This document shows, in pieces, positions 36,441-45,286 of a stretch of DNA of 64,000 bases; position 1 is the first letter of the stretch; each line of letters begins with the position of its first letter. The position numbers and the translations under genes were made by a program. The notes beneath the pieces are model-generated. The model was not told where the DNA came from. It searched no databases and was given only the letters and a program-made list of their open reading frames with translations. This DNA comes from Candidatus Woesebacteria bacterium RBG_16_42_24 (lineage in GTDB: Bacteria > Patescibacteriota > Microgenomatia > UBA8517): NCBI GenBank assembly GCA_001792115.1, contig MGFX01000001.1, forward strand, positions 122,694 through 186,693, given 5' to 3'.

Positions 36441-38840
36441 ATGATTCAACTGCCCAAATTACCAAGATTTAGGAATTATGATTTACGATTTAAGATAGCA
36501 CCTATCCAGGGACTTACACTCATTACATTTTCCCTTCTACTAGCGTCTTCACTTTTTCTCTCGATAAAACTTGCCAGCGCCCAAGTCCCCCCACCAACTG
36601 TACCTTGCAATCAAACGAATGAAGACAGGGGTTATCCCGACGAATTCCATTCACTCCGTCCTTACCAGGCAAGTCCCTGTAGCGACGAAACAGAGCCCTC
36701 TGCTCTTTTTTGCGGGAATGACCTGACTTTGCAAGACAGCTTTACGGTAAGCAGAAGCCAAGCATCTCAGTGCGACCCCATAAGTCCGGATACGGAAGAG
36801 TGTATTTTTAAAATAACCCGAAATTTGGATATTGCGGTTGACGTTTCGGGTGCAGAGCTACCCATAATGGGAAGGACTGAGGATGACGTAATCAATTCCC
36901 AAAATCAAAACGAAACCAGAAACGATGCTGAAAAAGTCAACGAGTATGTAAGTTGGTATTTAAATGGTACAAATATTGCCGCCGAATATGGAGATTTAGA
37001 CGCAGGCAATGAAGACGATATCTCAAAACTCGTGAACTTCTCGGGTCCAATAAAAAAACTTCTTCCCGAACGAATAAAAAGAGATGAAATTAGAGAGACC
37101 ATAGAGGCAAGACGAGCAGACAGGCACGACCAGGTTGTTGGATGTATAAGAAGAGAAGGATTTCTCGGAATTTATGTGGGAATCGTCGAATGTTACTCGG
37201 GCGGTGGGGGAACGGAAATTCGCCTTTCCGACCTGGCTGATCATATGCCGCCACAGGAGGAAGATCCACGCTTTGCCAATTATCAAGAGTTCCTCTGGGC
37301 ATATTTTAGGTGGCGGGGCTACGAATGTCCGAATATCCCAATTGTCAATATTACCGTCTGCTTCGAGGCGCCCTGGCTGTTTAATTACTGGGCCGACCTT
37401 TATTACCTAACGCCCCTTTCTTCCACCGAAGACAGGCTGGGACAAATTCAAGTCGTCAATCCTTACGTGCAACCCGTGACTCCCGGAATGTTTATTTTTG
37501 TGAATAGTTTAGTTACAACTCCAGCAAAACTTTTTTTTGCCCACATGGAAGAATCGCAGGAGCTGGCCGATACTCTTCAAGATACTTTTGTTCCCAAGGG
37601 GAACCCCAAAAGCGGTCCGGTCTCAGGAGTAAGCCCGCCCGAATATTGCGACTTAACCGAAATTAGAACCAACCCGGGTGACGACCTTTTTGCAGGAGAG
37701 ATTGGGGTGGACCTAACTTATACTGCCGACTTTTCCTGCACCTTTGATATATTCGACCCGCCGGACCCGGTTGATAGATACCGATGCAGCGAACTCTATG
37801 GGGGTGTCTGTGTATCGGATGATTACGATTGCGACGAAATGGACGGACAACTCGATTGTCCTTCGGGGTGGAGATGCGGTAGACCCGAGGGTAGCTGTAA
37901 CGCCCAAAGACCTAACCCGTCTTGTCCGGCAACTGCGCAGGTGGTTCTGAATACAGTGACCAAAACTCCATTGGTAGACGATATTTGGTCTAGGCTTGTT
38001 GCCGGAGTTTCTGGGGTGTTCAAAAGAATTTTCCCCAAAGTAGCGCCGGGGGCACCCGTTGAGGGAATTCTTGACATTCCGGCGGCGACCGGAGTCACCT
38101 ATAGCGCTGAAATTAATAACGTCCCTGTCCCGGTTGCCGCCGGGAATCCGGGAAACCAGCGTGGCCCAGCCGCGGAGCTTTATTTTCCCCATATAGGAGG
38201 AATTGAGCAATACTTCTTACAATGCATCCAAACTGCCCTTAGGCCGCAGGGTTTTGGGGAAGTTTGCCCCTCGGGGGAACCTCCCGAAGTGGTTACAACC
38301 TGTCCGTCCGTACCCGACTCAGCAATCGACAGTAAATGGCTGGGTGTACCTAAACAAAATTACTTAAGGATGGCTAATCAGAGAATGGCTGCCTGTCCCG
38401 GACCTGAAAATAACCTTGCGGAAGAATGCTACAACTACGTAGTAAGTGAATCGCTAGATGAAGGAGTTAATCCTGCCTTTTCCCTGACAATGTGGTTTAA
38501 CGAAAGTGGTGCAAGCAATTACTGCACATCTCCTACTTTTGATTTTGGTATAAAAAATGGTGCACCTGCTGAAAACATCGTTGAACAACTCGACTTATTT
38601 TTGGTCCAACCATTCAGAATAACTGCTGCCTGCAGGAGCGACCCCGCCTGGATAGAACCAATGGAAGCGTTCTTGAGCGTTTTCCACGGAAACTACTACT
38701 GCGACACTTCGTATGATGACGGCGGCTATTATCAAAACACACTTAATAACAGCTGGATCCCGGTAACAGACGGGTGGGGCGGCTGCGGCGGAGGAACTTC
38801 TTTTGGCATCGACTGGCCGACGGATAGTAGCTGTCCATAA
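36441..38840 (+). CDS. large secreted Cys-rich surface protein (candidate pilus-associated adhesin)
   Basis: 799 aa; N-terminal TM/signal, >40 Cys in CxxC/CxxxxC clusters, no catalytic motif; position directly after pilin array. Confidence 0.4.
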   Translation: MIQLPKLPRFRNYDLRFKIAPIQGLTLITFSLLLASSLFLSIKLASAQVPPPTVPCNQTNEDRGYPDEFHSLRPYQASPCSDETEPSALFCGNDLTLQDSFTVSRSQASQCDPISPDTEECIFKITRNLDIAVDVSGAELPIMGRTEDDVINSQNQNETRNDAEKVNEYVSWYLNGTNIAAEYGDLDAGNEDDISKLVNFSGPIKKLLPERIKRDEIRETIEARRADRHDQVVGCIRREGFLGIYVGIVECYSGGGGTEIRLSDLADHMPPQEEDPRFANYQEFLWAYFRWRGYECPNIPIVNITVCFEAPWLFNYWADLYYLTPLSSTEDRLGQIQVVNPYVQPVTPGMFIFVNSLVTTPAKLFFAHMEESQELADTLQDTFVPKGNPKSGPVSGVSPPEYCDLTEIRTNPGDDLFAGEIGVDLTYTADFSCTFDIFDPPDPVDRYRCSELYGGVCVSDDYDCDEMDGQLDCPSGWRCGRPEGSCNAQRPNPSCPATAQVVLNTVTKTPLVDDIWSRLVAGVSGVFKRIFPKVAPGAPVEGILDIPAATGVTYSAEINNVPVPVAAGNPGNQRGPAAELYFPHIGGIEQYFLQCIQTALRPQGFGEVCPSGEPPEVVTTCPSVPDSAIDSKWLGVPKQNYLRMANQRMAACPGPENNLAEECYNYVVSESLDEGVNPAFSLTMWFNESGASNYCTSPTFDFGIKNGAPAENIVEQLDLFLVQPFRITAACRSDPAWIEPMEAFLSVFHGNYYCDTSYDDGGYYQNTLNNSWIPVTDGWGGCGGGTSFGIDWPTDSSCP

Positions 38841-38942
38841 AGAGAAGATATTACGATATTAAGATACAAAGATATAAAGTGCTTTTAACACTCAAGTGAT
38901 GTTTTTTATTTTAGAGGTCTGTAGTATTATGAAATAATCACC

Positions 38943-40679
38943 GTGATTAAAAAACTGCTCGCATCCCTGCTTTTGTCTATCTTCCTTTTGGTTTCTATCT
39001 TCCCCAAAGTTGCCTCTGCTCAGACCTGGTACAGCCAAGGACCCCTGGAGTGGTATACCAAGGTCTATGACGAAGCCCAATCTCCTCAAAATGAAATATT
39101 TGGGGAGCGCTATACTGCGGCTCAGGTAGAGTGGATCATCTATACAATCGTCACCTGGCCATTTACAAAAATCTTGGGTCCGGAGATCACTACCTGTGCC
39201 CTTAGTACCGATGTTGGTACGTGTATCACGGCTATTATTACAGACGCTAGCCCTCTCCCTAATCTCGCAGCCCTCCCGAAACCCAAAGAAGAAGGCCTAT
39301 TAAAAGTTATGTTTAAGGATAAAGAACTTTCCGGAGTTACTTATGTAAAAAACGTAATCAGAAAGTTTCACTTAGTACCCCAGGCAGAAGCACAAGCGGG
39401 TTTCGGCTTCACAGAAGCACTTCTGCCAATCCAGGCTATGTGGAGGGCTTCAAGAGACATTGCATATGGACTCTTTGTCGTAGTTGCTTTGATTCTGGCA
39501 TTCATGATTATGTTCAGAGTCAAAATCGCCCCACAGGTCGTTATAACCGCCCAGTCCGCCCTTCCCAAAATTCTCATTGCTGTCGTACTTGTAACTTTTT
39601 CCTACGCAATAGCCGGCTTTATTATCGACTTTATGTACGTCGTTATCGGGCTAATTAGTCTTCTGGCAGTTAACTACTTTCCCGACCTTCTCATAAAATC
39701 CATAGCCCCACCCCTCCCCCCCGTTATCACACCAACTGTGATATTTAATACCCTAACCCTAGGGCAGCCATTATCTCTAAACTTTCCTTCGCCATATGGG
39801 ATATTTGGACTTTTTGCCTTTTACTTATTGCTTTTTGCCTTGTCAGGTGCTTTGGTTATTGGCTCTTCTATTGGCCTCATAGGGATTGCTCTGACAGGGG
39901 CGGTTGGGGCAGCCTTACTATTAAGCGTGTTTCCAACTGCTGGGCTGACAGCAATGCTGCTCTTAGTTGGGTTTATCCTCTTTCTAATAGTATTTATCAT
40001 CCTTCTCTGGATGTTTTTCAAAACGTTATTTATGCTTTTTAAGGCCTACGCAGGGGTTATTCTATTGACTATATTTGCACCGTTTCAAATTTTGGTTGGA
40101 ACAGTAGTTCCGAGCCTGGGATTCGGCAGGTGGCTTCGGAGTTTTGTGGCCAATTTAGCTGTTTTCGTGGTAGTTGGGGTTCTATTCCTCCTTGCTTATA
40201 TTTTTGCCATTCAGGCAATGACTTTTGCCCTTCTTGCGAATGGTATTCAAGAAGACGTAATCCTTGGTATTCTAAACGGGATTTTCGGAACAAACATTAT
40301 CGGAACAGCCCAAAACCTCTTTCTCGGCACCAGCTCAGCCGGCTGGCCGCCTCTTTTGGGAACATTGGGGGGGTCGGGAGACGCGGCCGTCTCCTTCCTA
40401 TTTTTAGGAGTAAGCTTTGTCCTATTTACACTTATTCCCAAGGCCGCCGACATCATCCAGGGCCTCATCTCCGGCCGACCATTTGCATATGGAACGGCGA
40501 TAGGTGAAGCCTTCTCTCCTCTTGCCTATCCATTCGGTGTGGCGAAGGGCGCAGCTGAGAAAGGAGTAACGGGATACGTTGGTGAAGGCTACATTAAGCC
40601 CTGGCTTCAGCAAAGATTTGGGCACGGAACACCTGAGGTTGGACGCAGAGGGCTTGGTGGAAAACCTCTCGCTGAGTAA
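38943..40679 (+). CDS. polytopic membrane protein, candidate VirB6/PrgH-like T4SS channel component
   Basis: 578 aa; signal peptide, periplasmic domain then ≥8 TM helices; assignment by topology and gene order (upstream of PrgI/VirB4-like genes). Confidence 0.4.
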   Translation: MIKKLLASLLLSIFLLVSIFPKVASAQTWYSQGPLEWYTKVYDEAQSPQNEIFGERYTAAQVEWIIYTIVTWPFTKILGPEITTCALSTDVGTCITAIITDASPLPNLAALPKPKEEGLLKVMFKDKELSGVTYVKNVIRKFHLVPQAEAQAGFGFTEALLPIQAMWRASRDIAYGLFVVVALILAFMIMFRVKIAPQVVITAQSALPKILIAVVLVTFSYAIAGFIIDFMYVVIGLISLLAVNYFPDLLIKSIAPPLPPVITPTVIFNTLTLGQPLSLNFPSPYGIFGLFAFYLLLFALSGALVIGSSIGLIGIALTGAVGAALLLSVFPTAGLTAMLLLVGFILFLIVFIILLWMFFKTLFMLFKAYAGVILLTIFAPFQILVGTVVPSLGFGRWLRSFVANLAVFVVVGVLFLLAYIFAIQAMTFALLANGIQEDVILGILNGIFGTNIIGTAQNLFLGTSSAGWPPLLGTLGGSGDAAVSFLFLGVSFVLFTLIPKAADIIQGLISGRPFAYGTAIGEAFSPLAYPFGVAKGAAEKGVTGYVGEGYIKPWLQQRFGHGTPEVGRRGLGGKPLAE

Positions 40680-40697
40680 TTAAAAAGGAATTTATTT

Positions 40698-40850
40698 ATG
40701 GATGATAATAAAAATATACCTAAATTTTCAAAGAGTAAATCTAAAGACATAACTAGGGAAAAACAAGAATTAAATCCGGATGAAGATTCCGGGCCCCTAG
40801 AAGATGAAACTAAACCAGGAGTAATAAAAGCGGGAGAACTTCCAGAATAA
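40698..40850 (+). CDS. small hydrophilic hypothetical protein (50 aa; below ORF-track cutoff)
   Basis: AAAAGGA Shine-Dalgarno-like 8 nt upstream of ATG; MDDNKNIPKFSKSKSKDITREKQELNPDEDSGPLEDETKPGVIKAGELPE. Confidence 0.25.
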   Translation: MDDNKNIPKFSKSKSKDITREKQELNPDEDSGPLEDETKPGVIKAGELPE

Positions 40851-40853
40851 AAG

Positions 40854-43559
40854 TTAACCCCTAGTAGCCTTATCAAAAGCCGCACTCAAAGCCTTCTGTC
40901 CGGCAAGTTTTGCTAGTCTTCTATTAAAGTTAAGTCTACGCTTTATATCTTCCATAGTTATTTCTGTTAGAAATGTTCCTACCTCGGGAGAAAGCTCTTC
41001 CCGCGTTAATGTATTTATGAATTCCGCCAAAACTGTACCTATTGATTTACGCCCTATATCCAAGTCTTTATCGGCAAGGGCCATGTCTATTACACCGACT
41101 GCCCAAAGACCTCTTAGCTGCATAGGGCCCATTTTCTCGATTCTCAGATTTTCAGGTGCATCGGCAGTATTGAAATATACAACAGCTTCTTGCATAAAAG
41201 TCTTGTCCATTTCGGCAATCTTAGGCTTTCTATCTAAAAGAAGTCCACTTAGAAGCTTATATCTTGTCATAATAACGCTGCAATAAAACTGCCAATTGTC
41301 CTCTATTTGACTTATATCCAAATTGTCCACATTCATTTGGGTATCTACCCTAAAAGGAAGCCTTTCCCGCTGCCTCCCTTTAAATTTCTTTGTTTGTTTA
41401 TCCTCTTGGGTCCATCTTAACCACGACGTTCCAAACCCCCTAATTTCATCCTCGTGTACTTGCGGGCCCCTTATTCTACCCTTGCTTCTCCTGGCTTCCC
41501 TCCACTTTTTCAGACCAAATATTTCAGCTACCTGGTCGTTGCCTACAGTATCTCCTCTATTGAAAACAGAGTCTTCAAGGGTGGCCCGAGATAGTTTTTC
41601 TGCAAGCTGAAGCGACTTTTTAGCGTTTTCTCTTCTTTCTTCTGGAGTATTTCCATCAACACTCTCACTCCTCGCAATTTCCTCTATAAGAAGATTCCTA
41701 ACGGCTTCTTCTATTATTGGGTTTGTTTCTCTAAAAAAATTTACATTAGTGCGCGGCTTGAGTTTTCCTTCTTTGTTTCGTAAATCTTTATCATCTTTTG
41801 GAACCACCCTATCAACCCATTTCATATACTCCTGGTTATCGAAAACTGTATTGCCATCCTTATCTTCGCTTACATCAAAATGGTTTAGTTGCTGAAGTAA
41901 GTCCCACGCCCTGGGCACATCGAGCCCAGGCAATAACTCTCGTTTTAAAAACGTCTCTACTATCTCCCTATTTAACTGGTGCCCCCTTCTCTGAGCTTCT
42001 GCCGCCGCACTTCCAATTGCATATCCATGTCCCACTTTCTCTTCCTCCCTAAAAATCCACCCGTCAGCTTGTTTAATTAGCTCTGAACAGTCGTGTACGG
42101 CAAGCCTGGCTCTAGCTTCTCTCGCGATTCCTTTATCAATTTTTTCTATGGCCCCAAGTGATACCTCTAGCCCCCTTACAATATAGGTATTGCCAAAATC
42201 GAGAGTATCCCTGTTCGAATTCTCTATAGCATCTAATTTCTCTCGAACAAAAGCCCTAAGTTCTTCCACTTTTCCTTCGTATCTTTTAACGTCTATTTGA
42301 TACTCCCCCATAGTCATCCTAGATTGTGATTCGGCGGCACTCCTCATCGCCTCTGCGGCAGCAGTTAACACATCTGCCGATTCTTTAGTCCCTTGTTCCG
42401 ATTCGGGTCTAAATTTCTTCTTTGATAATGACGTCTTGACAAAATCGTGGGGTTCTACTCCCAGCTGGAAAAATGCTTCCCTCTGTACGCGCTTCTCTAG
42501 AAATTTCAAGCCTTCCTCTCCCTCTGATTCTCCGTGCATTTTTAACCACAAAATATCCTCCGGGGATCCCGCCACCATTGAAGGTCGCTTTTTAAATCGC
42601 TTTTCAAAACCGATTTTTCTAATTCTTAGCGCCTCCCCGGCGAATGCCGCACGCAGCATTCCTTCTTCTTCGGGTTTTAGGAAGCCCGTTGTACTTAAGG
42701 CTAAATTTTCTGCGTTAATCCCAAAGTTTTTAACATTGTCGTAAACCTCATCCCAAGTACTATCTCCAAGAATATTTAAATAAGTTTGTGTAATATCTTT
42801 AACAAATGCTTTGTGGTCCTGGTCTCGTTCGCTAAAGTTTTTCCACATCTCGTCCCTTTTTTCCATTGCTTTCTTTCTCGTCTCTTCTGATGTCTCATCG
42901 TCAATAATTATTTTTCGAAGGTCTTTAAAATTATCTGGTAATCTACCATCCTCTTTTGGGGGTTCCTCGGGCGGTTTTTCCGGAGGGCCTCCCTCTCCAC
43001 CAGGAGGAGTGCCTCTAGCTTCTTTTTCCCACCCCCTACTTTTTATCCATCGTGCAACCGCTCCCGGAAACCTTTCGACAAATTCATCTGCGGCATGAAC
43101 AGCTGCACCCCCCAGCGAAACCGGTAGGGCATTTAGCAAGCCTTCCCATGTTGACGCCTTTCCTTCCTTCTCAAGCTCCTCAATGTAGCGCATAAGGATT
43201 TTGCCCTGCCAGTGATGGCCCTCTGTCTCACTAATCTCATTTCTATTTACAAGCCCTTCTATAGTGTCGTAAGACCCTTGTAGAACTTCTTTGCTCACCA
43301 TGACATCTGGCCTTCTAGCGAGGCTATGAATTTCTACTTGAAGTGTCTCATTTTTAATATTATCGACCTCTTCTCGATTCTTAACTAACCATGGAGCCCA
43401 CTCTTCTCCCTCCGGTCCCTCAACCCGCCGATGGGGTAAAGATTGGTGTGGGTTGACAGGATTAGCCATAGCCCTTTTTCGAATCTCCCCAATTGAAGCA
43501 CCTTTTGATTCAATAATAATTTCGGGGCCTTTGCCCCCTCCGCCTTCTGCCATATCCAT
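40854..43559 (-). CDS. large acidic cytoplasmic hypothetical protein
   Basis: 901 aa single ORF, opposite strand within the T4SS-like locus; no recognisable motif. Confidence 0.4.
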   Translation of the reverse strand: MDMAEGGGGKGPEIIIESKGASIGEIRKRAMANPVNPHQSLPHRRVEGPEGEEWAPWLVKNREEVDNIKNETLQVEIHSLARRPDVMVSKEVLQGSYDTIEGLVNRNEISETEGHHWQGKILMRYIEELEKEGKASTWEGLLNALPVSLGGAAVHAADEFVERFPGAVARWIKSRGWEKEARGTPPGGEGGPPEKPPEEPPKEDGRLPDNFKDLRKIIIDDETSEETRKKAMEKRDEMWKNFSERDQDHKAFVKDITQTYLNILGDSTWDEVYDNVKNFGINAENLALSTTGFLKPEEEGMLRAAFAGEALRIRKIGFEKRFKKRPSMVAGSPEDILWLKMHGESEGEEGLKFLEKRVQREAFFQLGVEPHDFVKTSLSKKKFRPESEQGTKESADVLTAAAEAMRSAAESQSRMTMGEYQIDVKRYEGKVEELRAFVREKLDAIENSNRDTLDFGNTYIVRGLEVSLGAIEKIDKGIAREARARLAVHDCSELIKQADGWIFREEEKVGHGYAIGSAAAEAQRRGHQLNREIVETFLKRELLPGLDVPRAWDLLQQLNHFDVSEDKDGNTVFDNQEYMKWVDRVVPKDDKDLRNKEGKLKPRTNVNFFRETNPIIEEAVRNLLIEEIARSESVDGNTPEERRENAKKSLQLAEKLSRATLEDSVFNRGDTVGNDQVAEIFGLKKWREARRSKGRIRGPQVHEDEIRGFGTSWLRWTQEDKQTKKFKGRQRERLPFRVDTQMNVDNLDISQIEDNWQFYCSVIMTRYKLLSGLLLDRKPKIAEMDKTFMQEAVVYFNTADAPENLRIEKMGPMQLRGLWAVGVIDMALADKDLDIGRKSIGTVLAEFINTLTREELSPEVGTFLTEITMEDIKRRLNFNRRLAKLAGQKALSAAFDKATRG

Positions 43560-43624
43560 ATTTTCCCATTTTTAGGCTTTTTTTGCAAAAAATGACTTGT
43601 GAAAAAGCATAGTACTTGAATTGA

Positions 43625-43700
43625 AGTGTTCACGGGGTAAGCTAGAAACTAGTGCATAGTACATAGTTTATAGGCGATAGTACAAAGTACATAGTCCAAA
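43625..43700. repeat. AGTGCATAGTACATAG-family palindromic element, left arm
   Basis: CTAGTGCATAGTACATAGTTTATAGGCGATAGTACAAAGTACATAGTCC; inverted partner at 44100-44145 (TCTATGCACTTTGTTCTTTGCACTACGTACTA) on the other side of the 4HB gene; same family at 31375-31470 and 53133-53210. Confidence 0.6.
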
Positions 43701-43714
43701 GAAAAAATAAACCA

Positions 43715-44098
43715 ATGGCGGAACCTGTCCAAAAAACTAGCTATAAAAACTTAATAGTTTATCAGAAGGCAAAAGCTCTAACGACAGATGTCCTTAGTTA
43801 TTTCTCAGAACATAAGCTACCTTACACAAAAGAATTCTTAATAAGACAATTATTCCGATCCGTTAGTTCAGTTGGGGCAAATATTGCTGAAGGCTACGGA
43901 AGGCATTATCAAGGAAGCCTAAGGCAATTCTTCGCCATCGCACGAGGTTCGAGTTTTGAGTCAGATTACTGGCTAGAGATTCTTCAGGAAATGGGAGAAT
44001 TTGACGGGAAAATAATATCAGATTTTATTAACAGAAACACAGAGCTTTCAAAAATGTTGACAAGTTTGATGAAAAAGACAGACGTTTCGCGTCAATAG
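43715..44098 (+). CDS. four-helix-bundle protein (TIGR02436 family)
   Basis: 127 aa; YKNLIVYQKAKALT..V......LPYTKEFLIRQLFRSVSSVGANIAEGYGR. Confidence 0.7.
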   Translation: MAEPVQKTSYKNLIVYQKAKALTTDVLSYFSEHKLPYTKEFLIRQLFRSVSSVGANIAEGYGRHYQGSLRQFFAIARGSSFESDYWLEILQEMGEFDGKIISDFINRNTELSKMLTSLMKKTDVSRQ

Positions 44099-44149
44099 TC
44101 TATGCACTTTGTTCTTTGCACTACGTACTAATTACTATTTACTAAATTA

Positions 44150-45286
44150 ATGGAACAACAACACCCGATACCGCAACAAATCTCCTCTTACCAATTCCGA
44201 CTGGTGGGGGATATGACCCTCAAGCAATTCCTGCAAGTCGGCGGAGGCATGTTAATTGCCCTAATTATTTACTCAACTCCAATCATTGGACTTATTAAGT
44301 GGCCTCTTGTAATTATTTCTGCCTTAACAGGCGCGGCCCTTGCGTTCCTGCCTTTCCAAGAGAGGCCCCTAGAGAAATGGATTTTTGCTTTCCTTCGCTC
44401 AATCTATTCCCCAACCCTTTTTTATTGGAAACGTCTGCCCTCCGAAACCGCTTTTTTCCAAGAACAACCCACAACCCTACCCACCCCCTCGGTAGTTACC
44501 CCGCCGCCTCCCCCCGGGTATCCTGAACTGGCTATAGAAATCACTCCTCCTGTCGCCCCTGCTGCCCCTCTTCCAGCCGGAAGTCCTCAAGGTTTGACTG
44601 CCAAGCCACCCCTTATGGTGCCAACAATTGCCCCTCTGGGTTTTCCTTCATCGGGGCCGGTGTCCCAGGCCCCGAAAGCTCCAGTGGAGCTTGAACCGGG
44701 ATTAACAATCTTTCCTAACCTTGAGGAAGCAGAAAAAACTTTCTTGAGTAAAATCACGGGGCTATTTAGTCTTGCCCCAACCTTGCCTACCAATGAAGGT
44801 CCCGTTAGCGAGGAAGAGAAAAAAGGGCGCCTGAATGTCGTTCCATCAAAGCCAATCAAAATTGAGCCCATCCATGAGGAAAAAGAGGTCCCCGAAGAAC
44901 CCGCACTAGAACCTGTTTATGTTTCTGTTGCACCAACCTTAACTCCCACAAGGAAGTTAGCCGAGGAATTTGCGCAATTTAGTGAGGACGCCGCTCCTCC
45001 CTTTCCTCCCAGTCTTCCAAATGTGATTGTAGGTCAAGTTATGGACTCAAATAAAAAAATCGTAGAGGGAGCAATACTTGAAATTAAAGATTCTGCGGGA
45101 AGGCCCGTAAGAGCACTCAAAAGCAATAAACTAGGACATTTTATGATCGTCACTCCTCTAACTAACGGCCGCTATACAATAGAAATCGAAAAAAATGGGT
45201 TTATCTTTGATACTGTAAGTTTTGACGCGCTGGGAAACGTCATTCCGCCGATAGCGATCAAGGCCAAGGAGATAACCAATGCCTAA
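44150..45286 (+). CDS. PrgI-family (VirB3-like) T4SS membrane protein with Pro-rich linker and C-terminal CarboxypepD_reg-like beta-sandwich domain
   Basis: N-terminal ~100 aa: QFRLVGDMTLKQFLQVGGGMLIALIIY...LPFQERPLEKWIFAFLRSIYSPTLFYWKR matches the PrgI family pattern; followed by PPPPGYPELA... linker and GQVMDSNKKIVEGAILEIKDSAGRPV...GRYTIEIEKNGF domain; overlaps start of VirB4 gene. Confidence 0.55.
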   Translation: MEQQHPIPQQISSYQFRLVGDMTLKQFLQVGGGMLIALIIYSTPIIGLIKWPLVIISALTGAALAFLPFQERPLEKWIFAFLRSIYSPTLFYWKRLPSETAFFQEQPTTLPTPSVVTPPPPPGYPELAIEITPPVAPAAPLPAGSPQGLTAKPPLMVPTIAPLGFPSSGPVSQAPKAPVELEPGLTIFPNLEEAEKTFLSKITGLFSLAPTLPTNEGPVSEEEKKGRLNVVPSKPIKIEPIHEEKEVPEEPALEPVYVSVAPTLTPTRKLAEEFAQFSEDAAPPFPPSLPNVIVGQVMDSNKKIVEGAILEIKDSAGRPVRALKSNKLGHFMIVTPLTNGRYTIEIEKNGFIFDTVSFDALGNVIPPIAIKAKEITNA

